A DNA stretch of 64,000 bases from an uncultured Acetobacteraceae bacterium. GTDB taxonomy: Bacteria > Pseudomonadota > Alphaproteobacteria > Acetobacterales > Acetobacteraceae. The position numbers were made by a program, and so were the translations under genes. Below, piece after piece: positions 10,542-19,315 of this stretch. Every line of letters starts with the position of its first letter. Position 1 is the first letter of the stretch. Where the stretch lies: positions 216-64,215 of the forward strand of contig CAXTCI010000003.1 of NCBI GenBank assembly GCA_964242325.1, in the 5' to 3' direction. Under the pieces are notes generated by a model that was given only the letters and a program-made list of their open reading frames with translations, made no database searches and had not been told where the DNA came from.

Positions 10542-11264
10542 GTGAAGCCGCTCCTGTCCGCCGATGGCGCGTCCAAGTCCTTCGGGGGCCTCGCCGCCGT
10601 GTCCGACGTGTCGCTCGATGTCGCGCAGGGTGACATCCACTGCCTGATCGGTCCGAACGGCGCCGGCAAGAGTACGCTGTTCCGCCTGATTGTCGGGACC
10701 TATCCGCCCACCGCCGGCCGTATCCGCTTCGACGGCGCCGACGTCACGGCCGAGCGGCCCTATCAGCGCGTCAAGCGCGGGATGAGCATCAAGATGCAGA
10801 CGCCGTCGGTGTTCAAGGAGCTGCCGGTCCGGCAGAACGTGCACATCGCGCTGCAGCACCACGTCGCCCGGCATCAACTGCGGGCCGAGGAGGACCGGCT
10901 GCTCGCCCTGCTGAACCTCGGCGCCGACGCCGGCAAGCTCGCGGGACAGCTCGCCCACGGGCAGCAGCAATGGCTTGAGATCGGCATGGCGCTGGCGTTG
11001 AAACCGAAGCTGCTGCTGCTCGACGAGCCGACCGCCGGCATGTCGCCGGAGGAGACGTTCCAGACTGGCGAACTCATCCTGCGCCTTAACGGCGAGGGCA
11101 TGACGATGCTGGTGGTGGAACACGACATGGCGTTCGTGCGCCAAATCGCCAAGATGGTCACGGTGCTGCATTACGGGCGGGTGTTCGCGCGCGGCCCGAT
11201 CGAGACGATCATCGCCGACCCGAACGTCGCCGAAATCTACCTAGGCCGCACCAATGAGCGCTGA
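10542..11264 (+). CDS. ABC transporter ATP-binding protein (LivG/UrtD-like)
   Basis: Walker [10 protein letters not shown], signature [11 protein letters not shown], Walker B LLLLDEP. GTG start. Confidence 0.9.
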   Translation: MKPLLSADGASKSFGGLAAVSDVSLDVAQGDIHCLIGPNGAGKSTLFRLIVGTYPPTAGRIRFDGADVTAERPYQRVKRGMSIKMQTPSVFKELPVRQNVHIALQHHVARHQLRAEEDRLLALLNLGADAGKLAGQLAHGQQQWLEIGMALALKPKLLLLDEPTAGMSPEETFQTGELILRLNGEGMTMLVVEHDMAFVRQIAKMVTVLHYGRVFARGPIETIIADPNVAEIYLGRTNER

Positions 11265-11964
11265 ACCGGTCCTCGACGTCACTGGCCTGTGGGCGCGCTA
11301 CGGCGAGACGCCGATCCTGCAGGGGGTGGACCTTCGTGTCGCCAAGGGTGAGATCGTAAGCCTGATCGGCCGGAATGGGGTCGGCAAGACCACGACGATG
11401 CGCTGCCTGATCGGGTTGCTCAAGACGGCAGCCGGCTCGGTCCGGCTGCTCGGCCAGGATGTCACCGCGCTCCCGGCCGAGCGCCGCGCGCGGCTCGGCA
11501 TGGGCTACATCCCGCAGGGCCGCCACGTCTTCCCGCGCATGACGGTGGATGAGAACCTGGCGGTCGGGCGCCTGATCGGCGGACGGCATGGGACGAAGCT
11601 GCCCGACCTGGTATTCGAGTCCTTTCCCCGCCTGAAGGAGCGGCGGCACCAGATCGCCGGCACCATGTCGGGCGGCGAGCAGCAGCAACTCGCGATCGGG
11701 CGGGCGCTGATCGGCAATCCATCGCTCATGCTGCTCGACGAGCCTTCGGAGGGCATCCAGCCCTCGATCGTCCAGTTGATCTGCGAGGCGCTGCGTTCGT
11801 TCTGCCGTGATCTCGGCACGACCATCCTGTTCGTCGAGCAGAACCTCGACACGATCCTATCCCTCAGCGACCGGTCCTATGTCATGGAGAAGGGGCGTGT
11901 CGTCGCGACCATCCCGCCGGGGCAGGTGACGGCCGAGGAAGTCCGCCGGCATCTGATGCTGTGA
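11254..11964 (+). CDS. ABC transporter ATP-binding protein (LivF/UrtE-like)
   Basis: Walker A GRNGVGKTT, signature MSGGEQQQLAI, Walker B LMLLDEP. Overlaps the previous gene by 11 nt. Confidence 0.9.
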   Translation: MSAEPVLDVTGLWARYGETPILQGVDLRVAKGEIVSLIGRNGVGKTTTMRCLIGLLKTAAGSVRLLGQDVTALPAERRARLGMGYIPQGRHVFPRMTVDENLAVGRLIGGRHGTKLPDLVFESFPRLKERRHQIAGTMSGGEQQQLAIGRALIGNPSLMLLDEPSEGIQPSIVQLICEALRSFCRDLGTTILFVEQNLDTILSLSDRSYVMEKGRVVATIPPGQVTAEEVRRHLML

Positions 11965-12329
11965 TGGCGGAGGCCCGTCCGGCAGCATGCTGCACGGACC
12001 TGGCCGGTAATGCTGTTGAGTTGGCTGGCATGGTAATCATGCCCCTGACCTGATTCTCAAAGCCTGCCTTTGTACAGGTCGAGCCACGACAGGCCAAACT
12101 GTGTCCCGCAGCAGAACCATCGGGTTGCCGACATCTTTAAGTTGGCTGCCAGCCGGCTTAGGAGGCGGGGCTGAGTTCGGTCAACGGGCGAGATGACGAC
12201 TCCATCGCCGTGCTATCAGGCGTCGCAGCCATGCTCAACCTGATGCCGGCCCGCGCCGAGTCAGAATGGACCGCCCGCACAGGCTAATTGCAAACATGAA
12301 CCCGGCCGCAGTTCTCACAAGGAATTTCA

Positions 12330-14501
12330 TTGGCTTACGAAATCACTGTCGGCCCTCCCCAATTGACCATCAACGCGGGCGAGTGCGTGCTTGTCACCGA
12401 AACCGATGGCCAGGTGCGCCAGCCAAGCGACCGCGGGCTGTTCTACCGCGACACGCGCCTGATCAGCGGCTGGATCATCGAGGTCAACGGCCGGCCCTGG
12501 GAGCTTCTCAGCTCGGCGGCGACGAGCCACTTCGCAGTCCAGATCGTGCTGACGAACCCGGCGCTGCCGTCCGATGGGGACGAGCTGCCGCCGCGCAGCC
12601 TCAGCCTCACCGTATCGCGCATCCTGGGCCTTGGCGGCTTGCGCGAAACCTTGGTGCTGCGCAACCACAACCGGGCCGCGGTGCGCTTGGCGCTCACCGT
12701 CCAGCTCCGTTGCGACTTTGCCGACATCTTCGACGTGAAGTCGGGGCGGATCGTATCGCGCGGCGACACCGTCAGCCGCTGGTGCGCCGACGAAGGCCGG
12801 CTGGAAACGGTCCACACCAACGGCCGCTTCCGCCGGGGCGCTTCGGTCTGCCCGGCGGATGGTTCGCCCCGGCCGGACCTCCGCGATGGTGCACTGAGCT
12901 TCGTTGCAGAACTGGCTCCCCAGGGCACCTGGTCGGCGGAGTTGTTGTATCAGGCCATTGACGGCGAGGAGCGGCTGAGAGCCCCGCGCGCGTCCTTCGC
13001 CGGGCAGGATGACTCCGAGCAGGCCCGCGCCCTGGAACGCTGGCGCTCGCAGGCCATCCGGTTGCGCACCCCGTATGCTCCGCTGCAAAGCCTATACGAC
13101 CGCTCAGTGGACGACCTGGCGGCCCTTCGCCTGCCGTTAGAGGGCACGGACGCCACGCGTTTCGTGCCGGCTGCCGGCATTCCCTGGTTTGCCGCCCTGT
13201 TCGGGCGGGACAGCCTGATTACCGCCCTGCAGACCGTGGCCGTCTACCCCGCCTTCGCACAAGGCGCGCTGGAAATCCTGGCGCTGCACCAGGCGGACGG
13301 CACGGACGAGTCGCGCGACATGCAGCCTGGCAAGATGCCGCATGAGCTGAGACGGGGTGAGCTGTCCGAACTTGGCCTTGGACTCTACCGGCCGTATTAC
13401 GGCACCGCCGACGCGACCTTGCTGTATCCCGTACTGCTGCATGACGCTTGGCGCTTTACCGGGGACAAGGGGCTGCTCGAAAAGCACCTCGCAACGGCCG
13501 AGCGCTGCCTGGAGTGGATGGACCGTTACGGCGACCTGGACGGAGACGGCTTCCAGGAATACCAGCGCAAGGCGCATGGGGGCGCCGAAAACCAAAGCTG
13601 GAAAGACGCGGGCAACGGCGTCCTGGATGCCGACGGCGAGGATGTCCCGGCGCCGAAGGCCATGTGCGAGCTGCAGGGCTACGCTTATAACGCACTGCTC
13701 GGCATGGCCGAAATCTTCGAGGCGCTTGGCCGGCCGGAGCGGGCAGCCGACCTCCGCGGCAAGGCGGGCACCCTTTACGACCGCTTCAACGCCGCGTTCT
13801 GGGATGAGGAGCAGCAGTTCTACGCCCTGTGCCTGGACCCGGCGAAGCGCCGGGTCATGAGCGTGGCCTCCAACCCCGGCCACCTTCTATGGTCGGGCAT
13901 CGTCCCGCCGGAACGGGCGCGGCTGGTCGTCCAGCGCCTGCTGGCGCCGGACATGTGGAGCGGCTGGGGCATACGCACGCTCTCGTCCGCCCACCCGGCA
14001 TACAATCCGCTCGACTACCAGCTCGGCGCGGTGTGGCCGCACGACAACGGGCTGATCGCACTGGGCTTCAAGCGTTACGGCTTCCATGACGAGGCGGCAC
14101 AGGTCGCCAAGGGACTGATCGACGCGGGATGCCGCTTTCTGCTGAGCCGCCTGCCTGAGGTATTTGCCGGCATCAGCCGGGAGGACTCGCCTTTTCCGGT
14201 TCAATACCTCGGGGCGAACGTGCCGCAGGCGTGGGCGGCCGGGTCGGTGTTCTGCTTCGTCCGCGCGTTGATCGGCGCGAACGTCGATGTTGACGACGGT
14301 ATCCTATACATCGACCCGTTCCTGCCGGAGTGGCTTCCCGAGCTGCGGCTCGATGGCATCCTTTTTGGGACGCAGAGCATCGGTGTAAGGGTCTGGCGCG
14401 AGCATGGAAGAACCGAGGCCGAACTCACCAGTGGCAGCGACATCCAACTAATGCGCCGACCCTTCAGGAAGGCGTTCGGCCAGTCCGGGCGGCAGCCATA
14501 A
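12330..14501 (+). CDS. Amylo-alpha-1,6-glucosidase / glycogen-debranching-enzyme-family protein (N-terminal GDE domain plus (alpha/alpha)6 barrel)
   Basis: 723 aa with motifs AAGIPWFAALFGRDSLI, GKMPHELR and GAVWPHDNG. TTG start 12330, with AAGGA about 6 nt upstream. Confidence 0.8.
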   Translation: MAYEITVGPPQLTINAGECVLVTETDGQVRQPSDRGLFYRDTRLISGWIIEVNGRPWELLSSAATSHFAVQIVLTNPALPSDGDELPPRSLSLTVSRILGLGGLRETLVLRNHNRAAVRLALTVQLRCDFADIFDVKSGRIVSRGDTVSRWCADEGRLETVHTNGRFRRGASVCPADGSPRPDLRDGALSFVAELAPQGTWSAELLYQAIDGEERLRAPRASFAGQDDSEQARALERWRSQAIRLRTPYAPLQSLYDRSVDDLAALRLPLEGTDATRFVPAAGIPWFAALFGRDSLITALQTVAVYPAFAQGALEILALHQADGTDESRDMQPGKMPHELRRGELSELGLGLYRPYYGTADATLLYPVLLHDAWRFTGDKGLLEKHLATAERCLEWMDRYGDLDGDGFQEYQRKAHGGAENQSWKDAGNGVLDADGEDVPAPKAMCELQGYAYNALLGMAEIFEALGRPERAADLRGKAGTLYDRFNAAFWDEEQQFYALCLDPAKRRVMSVASNPGHLLWSGIVPPERARLVVQRLLAPDMWSGWGIRTLSSAHPAYNPLDYQLGAVWPHDNGLIALGFKRYGFHDEAAQVAKGLIDAGCRFLLSRLPEVFAGISREDSPFPVQYLGANVPQAWAAGSVFCFVRALIGANVDVDDGILYIDPFLPEWLPELRLDGILFGTQSIGVRVWREHGRTEAELTSGSDIQLMRRPFRKAFGQSGRQP

Positions 14502-14552
14502 CTCGGTTTGTCATGCGACGTGACGAAGCAGGGAAGGGCGCTTGGGGTGCGC

Positions 14553-15854
14553 TCAGGTCATCGCCGCCGCGGCCTCCACAACCGGAGCCGTCCGGCGCGA
14601 GGCGATCACCGCAGCTAGGCTGACTGCGGCCGCGAACGACAGCCATAGCGCCGGCGAAGCCCGGTCCCCGGTCCAGCCGATCAGCGCCGTGGACACCAGC
14701 GGCGTGAAGCCGCCGAACACCGCCGTCGCCAGGCTGAATGCCAGCGAGAACCCGGCCGTGCGGACCTGCGGCGGCATGATCTCCGCCAGCAGCGGGATCA
14801 TCGCCCCATTATACAGGCCGAAGAACGAGGAGAACAGCAGCACCACCGCCAGCAGCTTGCCGAAGCTCGGTGCGGCCACCAGCCAGACCAGGCAGGGATA
14901 GGACACCAGAAGGGTCACGACCGGCACCAAGAACAACAGCGGGTAACGGCCGATCCGGTCGCTGATCGCCCCGCCGACCGGCAGCCAGATGAAGTTGCTG
15001 AACCCGACCAGCAAGGTCACGACCAGCACTCCGAACGAATCCATGTGCAGCGCCTCACGCCCATAGGTCGGGGTGTAGGCGGTGATGAGATAAAATGTCG
15101 TCGTCGTCAGCACCGACAGGCCCATGCCGGTCAGCACCAGCCCCCAGTTCGCTCCCAGCATCCGGAACACATCGCCGACCGAGTGTGCCTTGTGCTGCAT
15201 CCGCCGGAACGCCTCCGTCTCGTCCAGGGAGCGGCGCAGCCACAGGATCAGCGGGATGATGGCGCAGCCGATCAGCAGCGGTATGCGCCAGCCGAAGCTG
15301 CTCATCTGCTCCAGCGTCAGCGACCCGGTCAGCGCCACGCCGATTAGTGCGGCGATGATGACCGCGACCTGCTGGCTCGCCGACTGCCAGGAGCAGTAAA
15401 AGCCGCGGTGCCCCGGCGTCGCAATCTCCGCCAGGTAGATCGACACGCCGCCCAGCTCCGCACCGGCGGAGAAGCCCTGCAGCAGCCGCCCCGCCACGAT
15501 GACGAGCGGCGCCGCAATGCCGATGGTGGCATAGCCCGGCGTGACCGCGATGGTCAGCGTGCCCACCGCCATCATGGCAAGTGTCACAATAAGGCCCTTC
15601 CGCCGGCCCACCCGGTCAATGTAGGCCCCCAGGAAGATCGCCCCCAACGGACGCATCAGGAACCCGACGCCGAAGGTCGCCAGGGACAGCATCAGCGACG
15701 CGAGCGGGTCGCCCGACGGAAAGAACACCCGGCCGATGTAGGCGGCATAGTAGCCGTAAACGAAGAAGTCGTACTGCTCCAGGAAATTGCCGCTGGCGAC
15801 GCGGATCACGTCGCCGATGCGCTTCTGCCGTTCGGCTGGAGTCAAGTCGGACAT
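14553..15854 (-). CDS. tcuC: MFS tricarballylate/citrate-type proton symporter
   Basis: 433-aa 12-TM metabolite:H+ symporter with the signature [18 protein letters not shown] lies before ATG 15854. Sits immediately downstream of tcuAB. Confidence 0.8.
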   Translation of the reverse strand: MSDLTPAERQKRIGDVIRVASGNFLEQYDFFVYGYYAAYIGRVFFPSGDPLASLMLSLATFGVGFLMRPLGAIFLGAYIDRVGRRKGLIVTLAMMAVGTLTIAVTPGYATIGIAAPLVIVAGRLLQGFSAGAELGGVSIYLAEIATPGHRGFYCSWQSASQQVAVIIAALIGVALTGSLTLEQMSSFGWRIPLLIGCAIIPLILWLRRSLDETEAFRRMQHKAHSVGDVFRMLGANWGLVLTGMGLSVLTTTTFYLITAYTPTYGREALHMDSFGVLVVTLLVGFSNFIWLPVGGAISDRIGRYPLLFLVPVVTLLVSYPCLVWLVAAPSFGKLLAVVLLFSSFFGLYNGAMIPLLAEIMPPQVRTAGFSLAFSLATAVFGGFTPLVSTALIGWTGDRASPALWLSFAAAVSLAAVIASRRTAPVVEAAAAMT

Positions 15855-15896
15855 GATTCCTCCTGGTCCCCGCCCCTTTGCGGGGTCGGAGCAGTG

Positions 15897-17090
15897 TTAG
15901 CGGGCCGGCGTAGCTGCGGCGACGACATGCGGCTTGGGATCGCTTGCGCCGGGCCGCTCGATGGCATGGCGGATCAGCGCGCCAGTGCGGTAGATCCCAT
16001 GCACGAACTTGCTGTATGGCATCGTTACGAAAAACGCCAGCACGAAGCCGAGGTGGACCGCGAGCACCGTCCCCATCGCCCCGGTGGCCCGGACGGCCAG
16101 CAGCAGCTCCCCGGTCACGCCGATCAGCAGCAGCAGCAGCAGCAGCCCGGCGTCCGCCCCCAGCAGGTTGCGCGCCTGTGGCTCCTGGTCGCCGGCCAGC
16201 TTCATCCAGAACAGCCCGGCGGTCCCCGCAATCAGCCCGGCGCCCCCCACGGTGCCCAGCAGCACCGGCAGGCTCCAGAACCGGTAGGGCGCCGCCCAGC
16301 CCAGCAGGTGGTCATACACCGTCGCCGTGGAGGTCGAGGCGAAGCACAGCAGGAAGCCATAGGCCATCAGGTGATGGAACCAGCGCCGCTGCGTGGAGAA
16401 GCTGGCGTCGGTGTCGTTGCAGCCGTGCCCGCCACCGCCGAGATAACGCAGCGTCGCCGCATCACGCAGCGCCTGCAGCAGCGGGCGGCCCTGCGCCAGC
16501 TCCGCCGCCCGGCCGCCGGTATCGCGCCAGAACCGCGCGAAGCCGATCCCGAGCGCCAGGATGGAGAACAGGAACGTCACGGACGCCACGCCGACCATCA
16601 CGCCATACGGCACCACGTTGTAGAAGCCGGCACCGGGAACCACCGGCTGCGGCCCGAACAGCACGGCGCGGCGCTGCAGCAGCATGGCCAGCAGCAGCAC
16701 GCCGCCAACCCCCGCCGCCATCGCCAGTGACATCACCAGCCCATTGCGCCGATACAGCGCCGCCAAGGGACCGGGCCAGGCGTATTGCGCGTAGCTTTCG
16801 CTGCGCACCTCGGCCAGCACGCGCGGCACGTTGATGCCGAACTCATGCGGCGGCGCATACTGGCAGGCGTAGTAGCAGCCACGGCAGGAGTGGCAGAGGT
16901 TGGCGAGGTAGTTCAGGTCGCCGCCAGTGAACTCGCGCCGCAGCTCCATCGCCGGGAACACGGCGCAGTAGCCCTCGCAGTAGCGGCAGGCGTTGCAGAC
17001 CTCCATCGCACGTCGGGCTTCCAGCACCGCCGGCGTTTCTTCCGGGATCGCCTCTCCGGCGGCCAGCCTGGTCAGGTCAATTGCTTGCAT
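15897..17090 (-). CDS. tcuB: Tricarballylate utilisation 4Fe-4S membrane protein
   Basis: Cys clusters CNACRYCEGYC and CHSCRGCYYAC are followed by multiple TM helices. Overlaps tcuA by 14 nt. Confidence 0.9.
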   Translation of the reverse strand: MQAIDLTRLAAGEAIPEETPAVLEARRAMEVCNACRYCEGYCAVFPAMELRREFTGGDLNYLANLCHSCRGCYYACQYAPPHEFGINVPRVLAEVRSESYAQYAWPGPLAALYRRNGLVMSLAMAAGVGGVLLLAMLLQRRAVLFGPQPVVPGAGFYNVVPYGVMVGVASVTFLFSILALGIGFARFWRDTGGRAAELAQGRPLLQALRDAATLRYLGGGGHGCNDTDASFSTQRRWFHHLMAYGFLLCFASTSTATVYDHLLGWAAPYRFWSLPVLLGTVGGAGLIAGTAGLFWMKLAGDQEPQARNLLGADAGLLLLLLLIGVTGELLLAVRATGAMGTVLAVHLGFVLAFFVTMPYSKFVHGIYRTGALIRHAIERPGASDPKPHVVAAATPAR

Positions 17091-18474
17091 ATTGCGCCGC
17101 CTCCTGTCCGGCGATGCGTCCGAACACCGTGCCGATAGCCATGCCGAACCCCGCCAGGTAACCCCGCCCGAGGATGCTGCCGGCCATGATCTCGCCCGAG
17201 GCGAACAGGTTGGCCGCCGGCCGGCCGTCCTCCATGATCACCTGCGCCCGCTCGTTCACCCGCACGCCCAGGTAGGTGAAGGTAATGCCGGGCCGCAGTG
17301 GATAGCCAATGAACGGCGGCTCCGCGATCGGCCGCGCCCAGTTGGTCTTGGGCGGGTCCAGCCCCTCGGTATGGACGCCGTCCAGCCGGCTGCTGTCGAA
17401 GATGCCGGGCTGGCAGGCGGCGTTGAAGGCCTCGACGGTCGCCGTGACCGCGGCGGGATCGAGGCCGAGCTTGGCCGCCAGCTCCCCGATGGTGGCCGCC
17501 TTGATGGCGGGGAAGACGGAGGGCATGAAAAGCCGCTCGCTCCGGCTGTCGATGATGCTGTAGGCGACCTGGTCCGGCTGCTGCGCCACCAGGCGGCCCC
17601 AGATGGCGTAGCGCTTGGGCCAGACGTCCTGGCCCTCGTCGTAGAAGCGCTGGCCGTGCCGGTTCACCACGACCGAGAACGGCACGCAGTCCAGCCGCGT
17701 GACGATGCCGCCGTCGAACTTGGGGGAGCGGCCGTCAATGGCGACGGCATGGCACTGCTTGGGATCGCCGACGGAAGCCACCCCCTGTTGCAGCAGGTTC
17801 CGCAGCACGCGGCCGGTGGCGTAGGGCGTGCCGCGTATCAGAAAGTTCTCCGCGGCGTCGCCCCAGGCTTCCTTCAACCACTCGATGTTGGCCTGGAAGC
17901 CGCCGGAGGACACCACGACGACCTTGCCGCGCACCTCCAGGGGAAAGCCATGGCTGGTGACGGTGATATGGCGGACGAAGCCGTCATCGAGGTTGATCGC
18001 CTGCACCTCGGTGTCATACAGCACCTTCACGCCCAGGCGCTCGGCGGTGGCATAGTAGGCGTTCACCAGCGCCTTGCCGCCGCCCAGGAAGAAGGCGTTG
18101 GTGCGGGACAGGTTCAGCGTGCCGGTCAGCGACGGCTGGAAGCGGACGCCGCAGCGGGCCATGAAGGGCAGGGCGTCCTGGGTGGCGCGTATGGTCAGCC
18201 GGGCCAGGTGCTCGTCGGTTTCGCCGCCGGTGACCCGCAGCAGGTCATCCCAGTATTCGTCCTCAAGGTAGCTGTCGGTCAGCACCTCCGTCGGCGCGGC
18301 GTGCATGGCGCGCAGGTTGCGGGTGTGCCGGCTGTTGCCGCCGCGCATGGCCTTCGGCGCGTGCTCCAGCACCAGGACGGAGGCGCCGGCCTCCCGCGCG
18401 GTGACTGCCGCAGTCAGGGCGGCATTGCCGCCGCCGACGATCACAACGTCATAGGTCAGCGCCGCATCCGTCAT
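17077..18474 (-). CDS. tcuA: FAD-dependent tricarballylate dehydrogenase
   Basis: Start trimmed to ATG 18474 (MTDAALTYDVVIVGGGNAAL, dinucleotide-binding fold). Fumarate-reductase-like flavoprotein body. Confidence 0.9.
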   Translation of the reverse strand: MTDAALTYDVVIVGGGNAALTAAVTAREAGASVLVLEHAPKAMRGGNSRHTRNLRAMHAAPTEVLTDSYLEDEYWDDLLRVTGGETDEHLARLTIRATQDALPFMARCGVRFQPSLTGTLNLSRTNAFFLGGGKALVNAYYATAERLGVKVLYDTEVQAINLDDGFVRHITVTSHGFPLEVRGKVVVVSSGGFQANIEWLKEAWGDAAENFLIRGTPYATGRVLRNLLQQGVASVGDPKQCHAVAIDGRSPKFDGGIVTRLDCVPFSVVVNRHGQRFYDEGQDVWPKRYAIWGRLVAQQPDQVAYSIIDSRSERLFMPSVFPAIKAATIGELAAKLGLDPAAVTATVEAFNAACQPGIFDSSRLDGVHTEGLDPPKTNWARPIAEPPFIGYPLRPGITFTYLGVRVNERAQVIMEDGRPAANLFASGEIMAGSILGRGYLAGFGMAIGTVFGRIAGQEAAQYASN

Positions 18475-18490
18475 GCCCCTGTTGTCCCCA

Positions 18491-18525
18491 ATTGTCTGCC
18501 CCGATTGTATACGGTGGGATACCGT
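18491..18525. promoter_or_regulatory. Candidate GntR/FadR-type operator region upstream of tcuA
   Basis: ATTGTCTGCC / GATTGTATAC contains a GTATAC core (GT-N-AC type). An adjacent inverted repeat reads ACGGTgggatACCGT. Lies 17-50 nt upstream of the tcuA ATG. Motif only, unverified. Confidence 0.25.
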
Positions 18526-18554
18526 CTCTGCGCTGGGCGTCACGGAGTCAAGCG

Positions 18555-19196
18555 CTACGTGCGGCCCTGCAGCTCAATCCTGGTGCGGAAGGCGTTTTGT
18601 ATGTGGGCGCGCGCAGCCGCCTCCGCGGCGTCGGGATCACGACCGGCGATCCCGGCGACGATGGCTGCGTGTTCCTCGACGGACCGGGCAGCCCGGCCCG
18701 GCGCCCCAAGCGTCGTGCCGGCCAGCAGGGCCAGCGACAGCCGCAACGTTTCCAGCGCAGTGTTCAAGTAGCGGTTGCGCGCCATGTCCCTGACCTGGTG
18801 GTGGAACTGCCGGTTGGTTTGCGCCAGGCGCGCCGGGTCGGCTGTCAGGCCCTGGTCGCCCTCCACCATGCGCTGCAGCACGCCGATCTCGACGGTCGTG
18901 GCGTGCTGGGCCGCCAGCCGTGCCGCAGTGCCCTCCAGCACCTCCCGCAGCAGATACATCTCGGCAACCTCGCCGTAGCTCAGTGCCGCGACGACGGCGC
19001 CGTGGTGCGGCTCATGCTGGACCAGGCCCTGCAGCTCCAGCCGCTTGAGCGCCTCGCGCACCGGCGTCCGGCTGATGTCGAAACGCTGCGCCAGCTCCGC
19101 TTCCCGCAGGCGCGTGCCCGGCGGCAGGCGGCCGTTCTCGATCTCGGTCAGAAGCAGGTCGTAAGCTCCGGAGGCGCTGGAGCGGCTGGCAGTCAT
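18555..19196 (-). CDS. GntR-family (FadR/FCD subfamily) transcriptional regulator
   Basis: wHTH RLREAELAQRFDISRTPVREALKRLELQGLV plus a helical FCD-like C-terminus. Start trimmed to ATG 19196. Confidence 0.85.
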   Translation of the reverse strand: MTASRSSASGAYDLLLTEIENGRLPPGTRLREAELAQRFDISRTPVREALKRLELQGLVQHEPHHGAVVAALSYGEVAEMYLLREVLEGTAARLAAQHATTVEIGVLQRMVEGDQGLTADPARLAQTNRQFHHQVRDMARNRYLNTALETLRLSLALLAGTTLGAPGRAARSVEEHAAIVAGIAGRDPDAAEAAARAHIQNAFRTRIELQGRT

Positions 19197-19315
19197 ACGG
19201 CGGTGTTCCGTGTTGCGATCGTGGTGGTGTCCCCCGGCGCAGCCAGCAAAACAATGCCGCGGCATGAGGCTTGCAAAGATTTTCCCAAGCTGAAGCCGCT
19301 CACCGGAGAACCGCC

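Noticed and set aside
11977-11999. Palindrome GTCCGGCAGCATGCTGCACGGAC after the amide ABC operon
   Set aside because: It is probably just a GC-rich terminator-like hairpin. There is no T-tract and no second copy in the window, so it is not distinctive enough to call.
12026-12042. Sigma54-like TGGCAT..N..TGC motif in the spacer before the glucosidase-family gene
   Set aside because: The GG-to-GC spacing is 2 nt longer than the -24/-12 consensus. No enhancer-binding protein gene is nearby.
16993-18771. 592-aa plus-strand ORF
   Set aside because: Antisense to tcuA and the GntR gene. No motifs.
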